DNA of 64,000 bases, from the NCBI GenBank assembly GCA_049700155.1, contig JBNAVX010000020.1:13906-77905 (forward strand). The letters run 5' to 3'. The translations under genes and the position numbers were made by a program. This DNA comes from Thermodesulfovibrionales bacterium. GTDB taxonomy: Bacteria > Nitrospirota > Thermodesulfovibrionia > Thermodesulfovibrionales > SM23-35. The notes under the pieces were generated by a model. It had not been told where the DNA came from. It saw only the letters and a list, made by a program, of their open reading frames with translations, and searched no databases. How positions within the stretch are numbered: position 1 is the first letter of the stretch; each line of letters opens with the position of its first letter. Shown one piece after another: positions 1 to 9,207 of this stretch.

Positions 1-78
1 TACCATTGGTTTGGGACGTGAATTTGTCTCTTCTGATAATCTTGTCCCAAAACCTCCTGCAAGAATTACAGTTTTCAT
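1..78 (-). CDS. rfbF: Glucose-1-phosphate cytidylyltransferase-like sugar nucleotidyltransferase, first 26 codons only (gene runs off the left edge)
   Basis: The reverse complement of 1-78 reads [26 protein letters not shown] from an ATG at 76-78. GGxGTRL followed by EET..KPKPMV is the N-terminal signature of RfbF-type NDP-sugar pyrophosphorylases. The ORF is open-ended and therefore absent from the ORF track. Confidence 0.6.
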   Translation of the reverse strand, partial: MKTVILAGGFGTRLSEETNSRPKPMV

Positions 79-85
79 AATATTT

Positions 86-2149
86 TTAAACTACCTGGGT
101 ATTTTTAACTACCCCATTTCTAAAACTCGGGATCATCTTTTGTATTAATGGTATAACCTCATCAGACAGATGGTTTGCGACAACTTGCTCAAGTTCATGC
201 ATATGACGAGAGATAATAGGCATTAAATTCTCATCAGGAACCGCTATCATAATTTTTTTATGGAAAGAAGGCAAAATATTTTCAGTCTTATCAAATAATT
301 CCTCATATAGTTTTTCACCGGGTCTCAGGCCGGTAAATATTATCTTGACCTCTTTGTGCGGAACAAATCCGGAAAGCCTGATAAAATTTTCTGCAAGATC
401 TATAATCTTTATCGGCTCACCCATATCAAGAACAAATATCTCACCACCTTTCCCTGATGCAGAAGCTATTAGAACAAGATGGACTGCTTCATCCGTTAGC
501 ATGAAGAATCTTTTCATCTCAGGATGTGTTATAGTTAAAGGACCTCCTTTGGTTAACTGATCTTTAAATACCTGGAGAACACTACCACTACTCCCAAGTA
601 CATTACCAAATCTGACAGTTGTAAACTTTGTCGCACTGGATGAATTCATATTGATTGTTAAAAATTCAGCAACACGCTTTGTTGCTCCCATAATACTCGT
701 GGGATTAACTGCTTTATCAGTTGAGATCAATACAAAACTTTCTACTCCATATTTACATGAAACATCAATGAGATTTTTTGTTCCAAAAATATTATTTTTG
801 ACTGCCTCAATAGGGTTATATTCCATCAAAGGAACGTGTTTATAGGCAGCAGCATGAAAGACAATCTGAGGTTTATATATTGAAAAAATATGTTCCAAAT
901 ATGGTAGATCCTGTATATCTCCTATAATAGTTGTGATTAATGATTCATGTTCTTCAGATCTTAATTCAAAGTCTATCTCATAAAGGTTGTTCTCTGATCT
1001 GTCAAATAATAAAAGGTTAGACGGTCTGTATCTAAAAATCTGTCTGCATAGCTCTGAACCAATAGAGCCACCTGCACCCGTCACTATTACCGTTTTATTT
1101 TCAATAAATTCTTTTACAGCAGAAATATCTGTATTTACAGGTTCTCTTTGAAGAAGGTCTTCAAGGGAGATGGGTTTCATATGAGATATCCCAAGTTGCT
1201 TATTAAGAAATGCATTTAATTCTTCTTCAGTGATATAGCCAAGTTTTACAAGTTTTGCACCAAGTCTTCCTCCCTCCTTTTTTTGAAGTGAAAGGGCTTC
1301 CTTTACCTGTGCTTCTGTAACTAATTTAGCATTTATTAGATGTTGTCCGAGTCTGGCTCCAACATATACATTGTTTTCAAGTATCTCATTTATGTTTGGT
1401 AGCTTTTTAAGAGGAATGTTAAATGGTTTACATATCTCATAGATATTTCTTATTGGTTTCTTTATATCAGCAGGTGATATTAAAATTTCATCAGGTCTTT
1501 CTTTTTCAAGAATCTCTGGAAGCATATCAGTAGTTCCCATTATAGGAACACCGTGTATTGTTAATCCTTTCTTCTGAATATCATCATCAATAATTCCTAT
1601 TGGCTCATATAAACATTCTTTATTACTCCTCATTTCTCTTACTATCATCTCTCCTGAACTCCCTGAGCCTATGATGAGCATTTTTTTACGAGATGATTTT
1701 AGGAACATAGATTCTCTTATCAGTCTTACAAGAAGTCTGCTACCACCAGATATAACAATTATCAATAAGAGATCGAGTATATATATAGAACGAGGATATT
1801 CTATATCACCGATCAGATATCTTACAATCAATAAAAAAGTTAAACTACCAATTGTTGAGGAACTTATGATCTTTATTAAATCACCGATACTCGCATAACG
1901 CCATAACCCTTTATAGAGTCCGGCTTTAAGGAATAATGTTAGACGGATAATTAAAAGAAGAGGGAGGTAGGTAAAAAATTTATTGAGATAATATGTTGAT
2001 GGTAATGATTCAAAACGTATTACGAAAGCAAGATAATTTGCGAGAGATGCCTGAACAAGAAGTATGATAGATACAATAATAAACCTGTGTTTTATAATCT
2101 GATCCTTAATGAATTGGTAAATTTTAATACTAATATTATTTTTAATCAT
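86..2149 (-). CDS. Membrane-anchored polysaccharide biosynthesis NDP-sugar 4,6-dehydratase/epimerase (CapD/WbpM/PglF family) with an inserted MshEN-like module
   Basis: 687 aa. N-terminal hydrophobic helices, then [18 protein letters not shown] (Rossmann fold), [11 protein letters not shown] and [20 protein letters not shown] (Polysacc_synt_2 signatures). Residues 266-318 form an extra tandem RLG...Q repeat (see findings). Confidence 0.9.
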   Translation of the reverse strand: MIKNNISIKIYQFIKDQIIKHRFIIVSIILLVQASLANYLAFVIRFESLPSTYYLNKFFTYLPLLLIIRLTLFLKAGLYKGLWRYASIGDLIKIISSSTIGSLTFLLIVRYLIGDIEYPRSIYILDLLLIIVISGGSRLLVRLIRESMFLKSSRKKMLIIGSGSSGEMIVREMRSNKECLYEPIGIIDDDIQKKGLTIHGVPIMGTTDMLPEILEKERPDEILISPADIKKPIRNIYEICKPFNIPLKKLPNINEILENNVYVGARLGQHLINAKLVTEAQVKEALSLQKKEGGRLGAKLVKLGYITEEELNAFLNKQLGISHMKPISLEDLLQREPVNTDISAVKEFIENKTVIVTGAGGSIGSELCRQIFRYRPSNLLLFDRSENNLYEIDFELRSEEHESLITTIIGDIQDLPYLEHIFSIYKPQIVFHAAAYKHVPLMEYNPIEAVKNNIFGTKNLIDVSCKYGVESFVLISTDKAVNPTSIMGATKRVAEFLTINMNSSSATKFTTVRFGNVLGSSGSVLQVFKDQLTKGGPLTITHPEMKRFFMLTDEAVHLVLIASASGKGGEIFVLDMGEPIKIIDLAENFIRLSGFVPHKEVKIIFTGLRPGEKLYEELFDKTENILPSFHKKIMIAVPDENLMPIISRHMHELEQVVANHLSDEVIPLIQKMIPSFRNGVVKNTQVV

Positions 2150-2287
2150 TGATTTTTGTACTATCTATTTAAATTAAAACTATACAAAAGTGTTGTCAAT
2201 TAATAATAAGTTTCATAAATACTGAAACTATAGTTCTATAATTATTTTAAACTCAAGTTTGAATCTGAAATGATGATATGAATAAAT

Positions 2288-2887
2288 TCAGGAACCCTTA
2301 TGACCCCCAGCTCTCAAAACAGTCTTTAATATTAACTTTAAATCTGTAATGATATTATGGTTTTCTACATAACTCATAGAAAGGGCAATTTTATCAGGCA
2401 AGATTCTTTTTTTATATTCTTCTTCCCATTTATCAGTTAAAGACAGAAGGAGTTCTTCATCTGAATACCTGAGTGAGGCAGGATCTGTAATGCCAGGACG
2501 TATTCTGAGCAATTTTTTATAATCTGACTCATACAGCTTAACATATTCCTTTACTTCCGGCCTGGGACCAACAAAACTCATTTCTCCTTTTAAAACATTA
2601 AATAGTTGCGGCAACTCATCTATCTTATATCTTCTCAGAAATTTTCCTACATTCGTAATACGTCTATCACAGGCAACTGTAATTTTAGGTCCTTCCTCAC
2701 TTGGATTATATTTCATTGTTCTGAATTTATAAACTTTAAACGGTTTTAGATTTCTTCCTACTCTTTCCTGAACAAAAAAGACAGGTCCTTTACTATCAAG
2801 TTTTATCAAAAAAGCCACTATAATAAAGAGGGGAAAACAGAGAATTAATCCAATTAAAGAGAAAATAAAATCAAAAATTCGTTTCAA
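2288..2887 (-). CDS. Small monotopic phosphoglycosyltransferase (undecaprenyl-phosphate sugar phosphotransferase, PglC/WbaP C-terminal-domain family)
   Basis: 199 aa. One N-terminal hydrophobic helix, then KVYKFRTM and DELPQLFNVLKGEMSFVGPRP, the bacterial sugar transferase signatures. Confidence 0.9.
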   Translation of the reverse strand: MKRIFDFIFSLIGLILCFPLFIIVAFLIKLDSKGPVFFVQERVGRNLKPFKVYKFRTMKYNPSEEGPKITVACDRRITNVGKFLRRYKIDELPQLFNVLKGEMSFVGPRPEVKEYVKLYESDYKKLLRIRPGITDPASLRYSDEELLLSLTDKWEEEYKKRILPDKIALSMSYVENHNIITDLKLILKTVLRAGGHKGS

Positions 2888-2904
2888 CTTTTCTACATTA
2901 TCTA

Positions 2905-4056
2905 TTATCTTCTATTTTTTAAGATTATATCCTGTACTGCTTCTATTACATATTCCATGTTATCTGAAGTCATCCCAGGATATATAGGCAACGAAATAAT
3001 TCTTTCATATATCCATTCAGAATTAGCAAATTCTGAAAGATTATAACCGAACATATTTTTATAATAAGGATGTCTATATAAAGGAATAAAATGAACAGAT
3101 GCAGTAATCCCTCTATTTCTCAACTCTTCAATAAACTGATTCCTGCCTATTTTCAACATTTCAAGGTTCAGTTTTAAAACATATAGATGCCATGCGCTCT
3201 TTCTATCAGTTTTAACATGAGGAGGAATTACTTCAGGCATTGAATTGAATGCCTCTGAATATCTTTCAGAAATCATTTCTCGCCTTTCCCACATCCAATC
3301 AACCTTCTTAAGCTGTGCTATTCCAAGTGCTGCCTGTATATCAGTCATATTATACTTAAAACCTGCATCCACAACTTCATAGTACCATGAACCTTCATTT
3401 GTATATCTTTTCCATGCATCCTTTGATATGCCGTGGAGCCTTAATATCTTTATCTTCTCTGCCCATTCATTATTTTCTGTAGTTAACATACCTCCTTCAC
3501 CAGTGGTCAAGGTCTTTGTTGCATAAAAACTAAAACATGTTAAATCTCCTATAGTGCCTATTCTTTTTTTCTTATACCAGGCTGGGATTGCATGTGCGGC
3601 ATCTTCGATGACAAATAGATTGTGTTTTTTTGCTATATCTAAAATTTCGTCCATATCACAAGGCTGTCCTGCGTAATGTACAGGGATTATCACTTTAGTC
3701 TTATTTGTTATTTTCTCTTCAATCTTTGATAAATCAATATTGCATGTTTCTTTCTCAACATCTACAAAAACAGGTTTCGCCCTGAAATAAGTTATTACTT
3801 CTGCTGTTGCAGCAAATGTTATTGCAGGAATAATAACCTCATCTGCTTCTTGTAAATTTATTGCTCTAAGGGCAAGATGAAGACAGGCAGTACATGAATT
3901 CATTGAAATAGCATTTCTCGCACCTATATATTCTTTGAATCTTTCTTCAAATTCAATAGTTGTTGGACCCATAGTTATCCATCCAGTTCGCAGGGTATTG
4001 ATAACCATAGTCACTTCATCTTCTGTTATATAAGGTTTATGAAAAGGTATTTCCAT
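2905..4056 (-). CDS. DegT/DnrJ/EryC1/StrS-family PLP-dependent aminotransferase (NDP-4-keto-6-deoxy sugar aminotransferase)
   Basis: 383 aa. FSFYATKTLTTGEGGML carries the PLP lysine context. The whole length resembles PglE/WecE-type enzymes. It lies between the dehydratase/PGT genes and the export genes. Confidence 0.9.
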   Translation of the reverse strand: MEIPFHKPYITEDEVTMVINTLRTGWITMGPTTIEFEERFKEYIGARNAISMNSCTACLHLALRAINLQEADEVIIPAITFAATAEVITYFRAKPVFVDVEKETCNIDLSKIEEKITNKTKVIIPVHYAGQPCDMDEILDIAKKHNLFVIEDAAHAIPAWYKKKRIGTIGDLTCFSFYATKTLTTGEGGMLTTENNEWAEKIKILRLHGISKDAWKRYTNEGSWYYEVVDAGFKYNMTDIQAALGIAQLKKVDWMWERREMISERYSEAFNSMPEVIPPHVKTDRKSAWHLYVLKLNLEMLKIGRNQFIEELRNRGITASVHFIPLYRHPYYKNMFGYNLSEFANSEWIYERIISLPIYPGMTSDNMEYVIEAVQDIILKNRR

Positions 4057-4098
4057 TTTTGATCAGATTCTCATTTTCAAAGGATACTATTATATGTA

Positions 4099-4728
4099 TT
4101 ATATTTTGATGAATAATAAAAGTATGGTAAAAATTGCTACAGCAATTGCAACAAATATTATGAAAGTAGGAAGATACTTTAAGTATTTAGGATGATGATG
4201 TCTATATGATGGAAAGTATATTACTTCTTTCTCTATTACTTTTTTATTACTTATTTCAACTCCTCTTCTATCATAATCATATGAAATTTTATTTTTATTC
4301 TCTCCTATCTCTCTATAAACCTGATTAATTTTTTTTGCTATCTCCTCATATCCTTTTTGATTAAACACCCTATCTGGATGGTAAATCATAAGAAGCCTCT
4401 TCCATCTTCTTCTAATTTCTTCAGGTGTTGCATCTTCTGTTAAGCCAAAAGATAAAAATAGATTGTTTTTTTTGTTGAACAGGAGAATATGGATTATTCT
4501 TTTAGCAATAGTCTCAATTTTTTCTTTGGGTTGTTTTATTAACCGGGAGACTTCTTTTCCTACCTCTGGTTTTTCAATCAAATCGAGGAGTGTTTCATAA
4601 CAATCAATAGACCTTTTATAAATTTCATCTAAATGACAACCTTCATTGAACCTGATAATAAGACTTGCTGTTGAAAAAACCTCTTTCTTTCTATCATTAT
4701 CCTTGCTAATTTTATACCAATCAGCCAT
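4099..4728 (-). CDS. J-domain (DnaJ-like) protein with a C-terminal transmembrane anchor
   Basis: 209 aa. TPEEIRRRWKRLLMIYHPDRV contains the HPD tripeptide of J domains. The C-terminal PTFIIFVAIAVAIFTILLLFIKI is a hydrophobic anchor. Confidence 0.65.
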   Translation of the reverse strand: MADWYKISKDNDRKKEVFSTASLIIRFNEGCHLDEIYKRSIDCYETLLDLIEKPEVGKEVSRLIKQPKEKIETIAKRIIHILLFNKKNNLFLSFGLTEDATPEEIRRRWKRLLMIYHPDRVFNQKGYEEIAKKINQVYREIGENKNKISYDYDRRGVEISNKKVIEKEVIYFPSYRHHHPKYLKYLPTFIIFVAIAVAIFTILLLFIKI

Positions 4729-4829
4729 TATCCTGAAAATCTATATATGATAAAAATTTTGGAATTCTTCTTTCGTATAAATGACACAAAAGACTATTAT
4801 GCATGCTATTGAGCAGAATTAAATTGAAT

Positions 4830-7214
4830 TCAATCTTTTTCCTCTTCAAAATATGAAGAATAGTATGAGGAATGATAGTAATTGTATGAACCGTATTTAA
4901 GGTCTGATTTTCTCACACTGTTTAAAATCACTCCAAAGATTTTAGCATTCACATTCCTGAATATCTCTTTTATTTCTAATAAAGCCTTTTTGGGTGTCTC
5001 GCCTGCTTTTGCAACAAGAACAGTGCCATCAACTATCTTGCTAAGATATAAAGCATCAGGTAATCCTATCGCAGGTGGTGAATCTATAATAATAAATTCG
5101 AAAGAAGATTCTAAGACACTAATCAGGTCATCCATTCTTGATGAGCCAAGAAGCTCGGAAGGATTAGGTGGTATAGGACCTGATGTTATAATGCTCAACC
5201 CTCTTATATATGTTGGTTTTATGAACCCGCCATTAGTATTAGACCCATCAAACTCCATATTACCAGAGAGGAACGTTGAAAGACCTACTGAATTATTCAC
5301 CCTCAGAGAATGATGAAGCTTTGGCCTTCTCAAATCACCATCAATAATCAGACCATTACCAAGGGATTCCACAAGGGCTTTAGCAATATTTATACTAACT
5401 GTTGTCTTTCCAACCTTTTCTCCTGCGCCAGTCACAAGTATTGTCTTTGGTGGTCTTGAGGCTGAAGATAACATGATAAATGCTGCTATTGAGCGAAATG
5501 CCTCTGCAATGGGAGTTGTCTTCTCTGAATCAACAAGTACAGGTGTATTAGGAGAACTAAGCTTTTCTTCAAATGAGAGCACCTTAGATGTAGCAATATT
5601 AAGACCTTTTTCAATGTCCTGGAAATTTGGGATCATTCCAAGAGTTGGGAGTTTCGCCTCTTTTTCGATATCTTTTGTATCTTTTACACTGTTGTCAAAA
5701 TATTCAGCTAAAAATGCCAGACCTATACCACCGACAAACCCAAAAATGATTGATAAAAGCATGTTTACCACAATATTTGGTTTGAAGGGCCACCTCGGGA
5801 AAACTGCCTTATCAAGTATCTGAATATTTGTTGCAGTACTACTTGCAGCAACACCAACCTCATTAAGTCTTTGTAATAAAGTATTATAAAGTGCTTTATT
5901 AGAGTCTACTTCCCTTTTTAGGACCTCAAATTGCGCTATTGTATCCTGATAAGAAAGGACTTTCCTTTTTTGTGCATTTAAAGCCTTTGTAAGATTTTCT
6001 TCTTTTTTGAGAGAAGCTTCATAGTCAGATTTCAAAGCCTCAATAATCTTTGATTTCTCCTGTTCAATCCTTTCATGAATCGAATCTATCTGACTCTTTA
6101 GACTCTTCATCTTTGGATAATCAGGTGTGAATGTCTTTGAAAGACTGGAATATTCTGCCTCAAGAGAAGAAAGCTGGCTTTTAAGACCCTGTATTAATGG
6201 ATTACTCAAGATTACTGGATTATTCCCACCCGACTCCTTTACTTCTCTATATAAAGCCTCTTTTTGCATCCTCTCAGTTGTGATACTATTAAGTGCTGAA
6301 GATATATCAACAAGTTTTTGTGTCTGAATACTCTCTCTGTCCTTATCCATTATTATTTCCTTACTGGCTGCGTATTCATTCAACTTCTGTTCAGACTCCT
6401 CAACCTTCTTCTTCATTATCTCAACCTGATTTTGAAGAAAAGCTCTTGCTTCTTTACTCGTATCAACTCTGCTTTCTAAATCGAAGGCAATATATGTTTG
6501 TGCAACAGCATTTGCGACATTCATAGATATCTCTGGATTATGTGAGATGAAACTGACTTTAACAAGTTGAGAATTCTTTACAGGAGTGACCTCAAGCCGG
6601 GAAATTAAGGCGTTAACGACATTATCAGGTATCTCTTCTTTTTCGAGTGAACTGTTAAAAAGGTTATCGTAATTAACAGTCTTCTTATTTACAGGAGGCT
6701 TTGGAGCAACCGCTCTATATATTTTTACTATAATTCCTATCGTATTATCAAATATCGCATCCTTTATCTTATCTATCTTGCTCTTAACAGGCATAAAATC
6801 TTTATTCTTGTGCAGATTAAGCTTTCTGATCACCTCTTCTGCAAGACTCCTGCTCTTTAATATCTCATACTGGGTCTGATAATAATCTGGGCCAGTCTTT
6901 AAGCCCTGAACATCAGTAAAAGAAAGGACATTGGGATTATCTCCCATTATTTTTATAACAGCAGTTGCCTTGTATAAAGGCGTCATCATAAAGCTAAGGA
7001 TTAAAGTAGTTACAAAAACAGAAACTAAAAATATCATAACAACTTTCTTTCTTTTAAGAATTACATTGATATAATCCCTAAGATGAACTTCTTCTTCAGC
7101 TTTATAATCGAGATAATCCCTTAATTGTTCTATATGTGTTGAAAGTGGGAAGTCTCGTTCATACTTTTTTATTTCATATTTATTTTTCATTTCACCATCT
7201 TTATTAATAGCCAT
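4830..7214 (-). CDS. Polysaccharide co-polymerase / tyrosine autokinase (Wzc/GumC/EpsG-like)
   Basis: 794 aa. Wzz-type N-terminus with a TM helix, long coiled-coil, and second TM helix. Walker A GAGEKVGKTT, Walker A-prime IIDGDLRRP, Walker B FIIIDSPP. Tyrosine-rich C-terminal tail YGSYNYYHSSYYSSYF. Confidence 0.9.
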   Translation of the reverse strand: MAINKDGEMKNKYEIKKYERDFPLSTHIEQLRDYLDYKAEEEVHLRDYINVILKRKKVVMIFLVSVFVTTLILSFMMTPLYKATAVIKIMGDNPNVLSFTDVQGLKTGPDYYQTQYEILKSRSLAEEVIRKLNLHKNKDFMPVKSKIDKIKDAIFDNTIGIIVKIYRAVAPKPPVNKKTVNYDNLFNSSLEKEEIPDNVVNALISRLEVTPVKNSQLVKVSFISHNPEISMNVANAVAQTYIAFDLESRVDTSKEARAFLQNQVEIMKKKVEESEQKLNEYAASKEIIMDKDRESIQTQKLVDISSALNSITTERMQKEALYREVKESGGNNPVILSNPLIQGLKSQLSSLEAEYSSLSKTFTPDYPKMKSLKSQIDSIHERIEQEKSKIIEALKSDYEASLKKEENLTKALNAQKRKVLSYQDTIAQFEVLKREVDSNKALYNTLLQRLNEVGVAASSTATNIQILDKAVFPRWPFKPNIVVNMLLSIIFGFVGGIGLAFLAEYFDNSVKDTKDIEKEAKLPTLGMIPNFQDIEKGLNIATSKVLSFEEKLSSPNTPVLVDSEKTTPIAEAFRSIAAFIMLSSASRPPKTILVTGAGEKVGKTTVSINIAKALVESLGNGLIIDGDLRRPKLHHSLRVNNSVGLSTFLSGNMEFDGSNTNGGFIKPTYIRGLSIITSGPIPPNPSELLGSSRMDDLISVLESSFEFIIIDSPPAIGLPDALYLSKIVDGTVLVAKAGETPKKALLEIKEIFRNVNAKIFGVILNSVRKSDLKYGSYNYYHSSYYSSYFEEEKD

Positions 7215-7253
7215 CTTTTTTTACCTCTAAGCGATAACTTTATATGTTATATG

Positions 7254-8327
7254 TCAGTATGCGTACCCATAGGTACCAAAACGAAAGATGCCAAAACTTA
7301 TGCCCGTTGCTACTCTACCTAAAAATCCCTTTAAACCACTTCTTTCAACAATTATAATGTCCTTATCTTTAATCTCAATATCAGTGCTCTTCCTATTTAA
7401 TATTGAATCATAATCTACTTCAATTACTTCTCTTTCAGGCTTACCATTATCTCTGTAAATCTTAATACCTGAACGAACTGCCTCAAAATCTAATCCCTTT
7501 GCCATACTTAAAGCCTGAGTAAGTGTTATCTTTCCTTTAAGAGGGAATGAACCAGGTCCTTTAACAGCTCCATCAACAAAGAATATTCCAGCCTGTGGAA
7601 CATGAATTACATCACCTGAATATAATGGTATATTTAAATCTATGTTTCCCTTAATCAAAAGCGAATCAAGATCTATAACTATCTTCTCAGGATTATCTTT
7701 ATTTTGTGATTCATTGTTTGTTGAACCCTGCCTTTGTATTATGCATATGTCTCCTGCATCCTGACTTAAACCGCCTGCCATTGAAAGCAAATCAAGAAGA
7801 TATTTTTGCCCGGTTGCATAAAATACTCCTGGATTTTTAACAGATCCCAGAACAGCTATTTGCTGGCTTCTGTATTCTTTTATGAATACACTCACAACAG
7901 GTTCAGTCATATATTTTTCGAGGTTTTTACAAATCAATGATTCGAGTTCACTGACAGTAAGTCCAGAAGCCTTAATCTTTTCTATCAACGGGAGTTTTAT
8001 GTAACCTGAGGCACTAACACGAACCAATGAATTCAACTCTGGAGCCTGAAAAACAGTAATCTCGAGCAAGTCTTCAGGACCTATTTTATAATCAGCAGTT
8101 GAAAACGCCCTTTTTAGTTCACCGCCTTTCTGAACAAGCTCTACATTTAACTTCTCTGCTTTTGTATTAGAAGCAACTTGTTGTAAAAGAACTGACTCAG
8201 GACGAGGTGAACTGCCCGCACAAGAATTCAAGAGAAGCAAAAGAAAAACTAATAGGACAATGATACTCTGAGAGAATTCATTTTTTAGCATCTTAATTAT
8301 TATAACTCTTTCTTCTGTTTTTAACAT
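7254..8327 (-). CDS. Polysaccharide export outer-membrane/periplasmic protein (Wza/Poly_export plus SLBB family)
   Basis: 357 aa. Signal peptide with a lipobox-like LLNSC. YKIGPEDLLEITVF is a Poly_export motif. A repeated SLBB-like GDVIHVP segment follows. The gene lies directly upstream of the Wzc-like gene. Confidence 0.85.
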   Translation of the reverse strand: MLKTEERVIIIKMLKNEFSQSIIVLLVFLLLLLNSCAGSSPRPESVLLQQVASNTKAEKLNVELVQKGGELKRAFSTADYKIGPEDLLEITVFQAPELNSLVRVSASGYIKLPLIEKIKASGLTVSELESLICKNLEKYMTEPVVSVFIKEYRSQQIAVLGSVKNPGVFYATGQKYLLDLLSMAGGLSQDAGDICIIQRQGSTNNESQNKDNPEKIVIDLDSLLIKGNIDLNIPLYSGDVIHVPQAGIFFVDGAVKGPGSFPLKGKITLTQALSMAKGLDFEAVRSGIKIYRDNGKPEREVIEVDYDSILNRKSTDIEIKDKDIIIVERSGLKGFLGRVATGISFGIFRFGTYGYAY

Positions 8328-8348
8328 TTTTATAATATTTGATTTACT

Positions 8349-8531
8349 TTAAGGCCTTTTTAGTTCCCCCATGCACTCTGTCTCTTCTTTCAAAAATCTT
8401 TCAATAGCCTTTTTTATTATACAATCAGAAAATTCTGACCAGCAACCTTCTTTCTTACAATAGCTTCTAACTGTGTTTTCAAATTCCTTTATATAATGGA
8501 ATTCACATTTAGAACAAGTCCTTATAACCAT
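8349..8531 (-). CDS. Small cysteine-rich hypothetical protein (60 aa)
   Basis: This is the first ORF after the structured leader. It has six Cys including CSKC and C-x4-C-x6-C. A GGGAGAG Shine-Dalgarno-like sequence lies upstream. No family was recognised. Confidence 0.4.
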   Translation of the reverse strand: MVIRTCSKCEFHYIKEFENTVRSYCKKEGCWSEFSDCIIKKAIERFLKEETECMGELKRP

Positions 8532-8578
8532 TCTACTCTCTCCCTTCTTTGTTTTTTCTTAATAATCTTTAATAAAAA

Positions 8579-8687
8579 CATAGCTCCGCCATTTCAGTTA
8601 CATCCTTAACTGAAAACCTTTATAATCATTATCTATATATAACTACGACTTGAAAAAATAGTACAAAAAATTCAAGTCGTTATTTTT
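8579..8687. promoter_or_regulatory. Structured leader/intergenic element between the NusG paralog and the export genes: ops-reminiscent GGCGGAGCTATG plus two perfect hairpins
   Basis: Minus-strand GGCGGAGCTATG lies at 8590-8579. A 9-bp stem pairs 8592-8600 with 8607-8615. A 10-bp stem pairs ACGACTTGAA (8645-8654) with TTCAAGTCGT (8671-8680). On the plus strand the second stem is followed by TATTTTTAAAGTTTT. Confidence 0.35.
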
Positions 8688-8712
8688 AAAGTTTTGAATT
8701 TTTAAATTCTTT

Positions 8713-9207
8713 TCAAGCGCTCTCTACATCATCAGCATAAATCCTTATGCCAACACTTCTTCCAAGGAGTTTCAGATCAACAAGAAGCATATATTGATCT
8801 TCTTTCTTTCTAAGAATTCCCTCTGCACCTTTAAGTGGACCTCTCCTAACTCTTACTCTTGTTCCCTCCTTAAGATATGGGAAAATATCAAGTTCTTTTC
8901 CACTTTCAATTAAAATCTTCAAGGAACTTATCTCTTCAGGTTGTATAGGAGTAGGATAGCCTGATTCTGAGGAAACAAGTTTCACAGCTCCTCTTGTTTT
9001 GAGCACATTGAAAAACTGTTCAGGATGTGGATAGATTTGGACAAAAAGATATCCGGGGAAAAGTGGAAAATCAATAAGCTTTCTTCTGTCTTTCCACTGC
9101 CTCCATCTTTTAACAGAAGGGAGAAATGTAGTTATACCCTTTTTTTCCAGCTCACTATTAGTAACAAACTCATGTCTTGATCTTACATATAAAGCAAACC
9201 ATTCCAT
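8713..9207 (-). CDS. NusG paralog, RfaH/UpxY-type transcription antiterminator (NGN plus KOW domains)
   Basis: 164 aa. WFALYVRSRHE...FLPSVKRWRQWKDRRKLIDFPLFPGYLFV is an NGN domain. GTRVRVRRGPLKGAEGIL is a KOW motif. The gene sits at the head of the polysaccharide export genes. Confidence 0.85.
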   Translation of the reverse strand: MEWFALYVRSRHEFVTNSELEKKGITTFLPSVKRWRQWKDRRKLIDFPLFPGYLFVQIYPHPEQFFNVLKTRGAVKLVSSESGYPTPIQPEEISSLKILIESGKELDIFPYLKEGTRVRVRRGPLKGAEGILRKKEDQYMLLVDLKLLGRSVGIRIYADDVESA

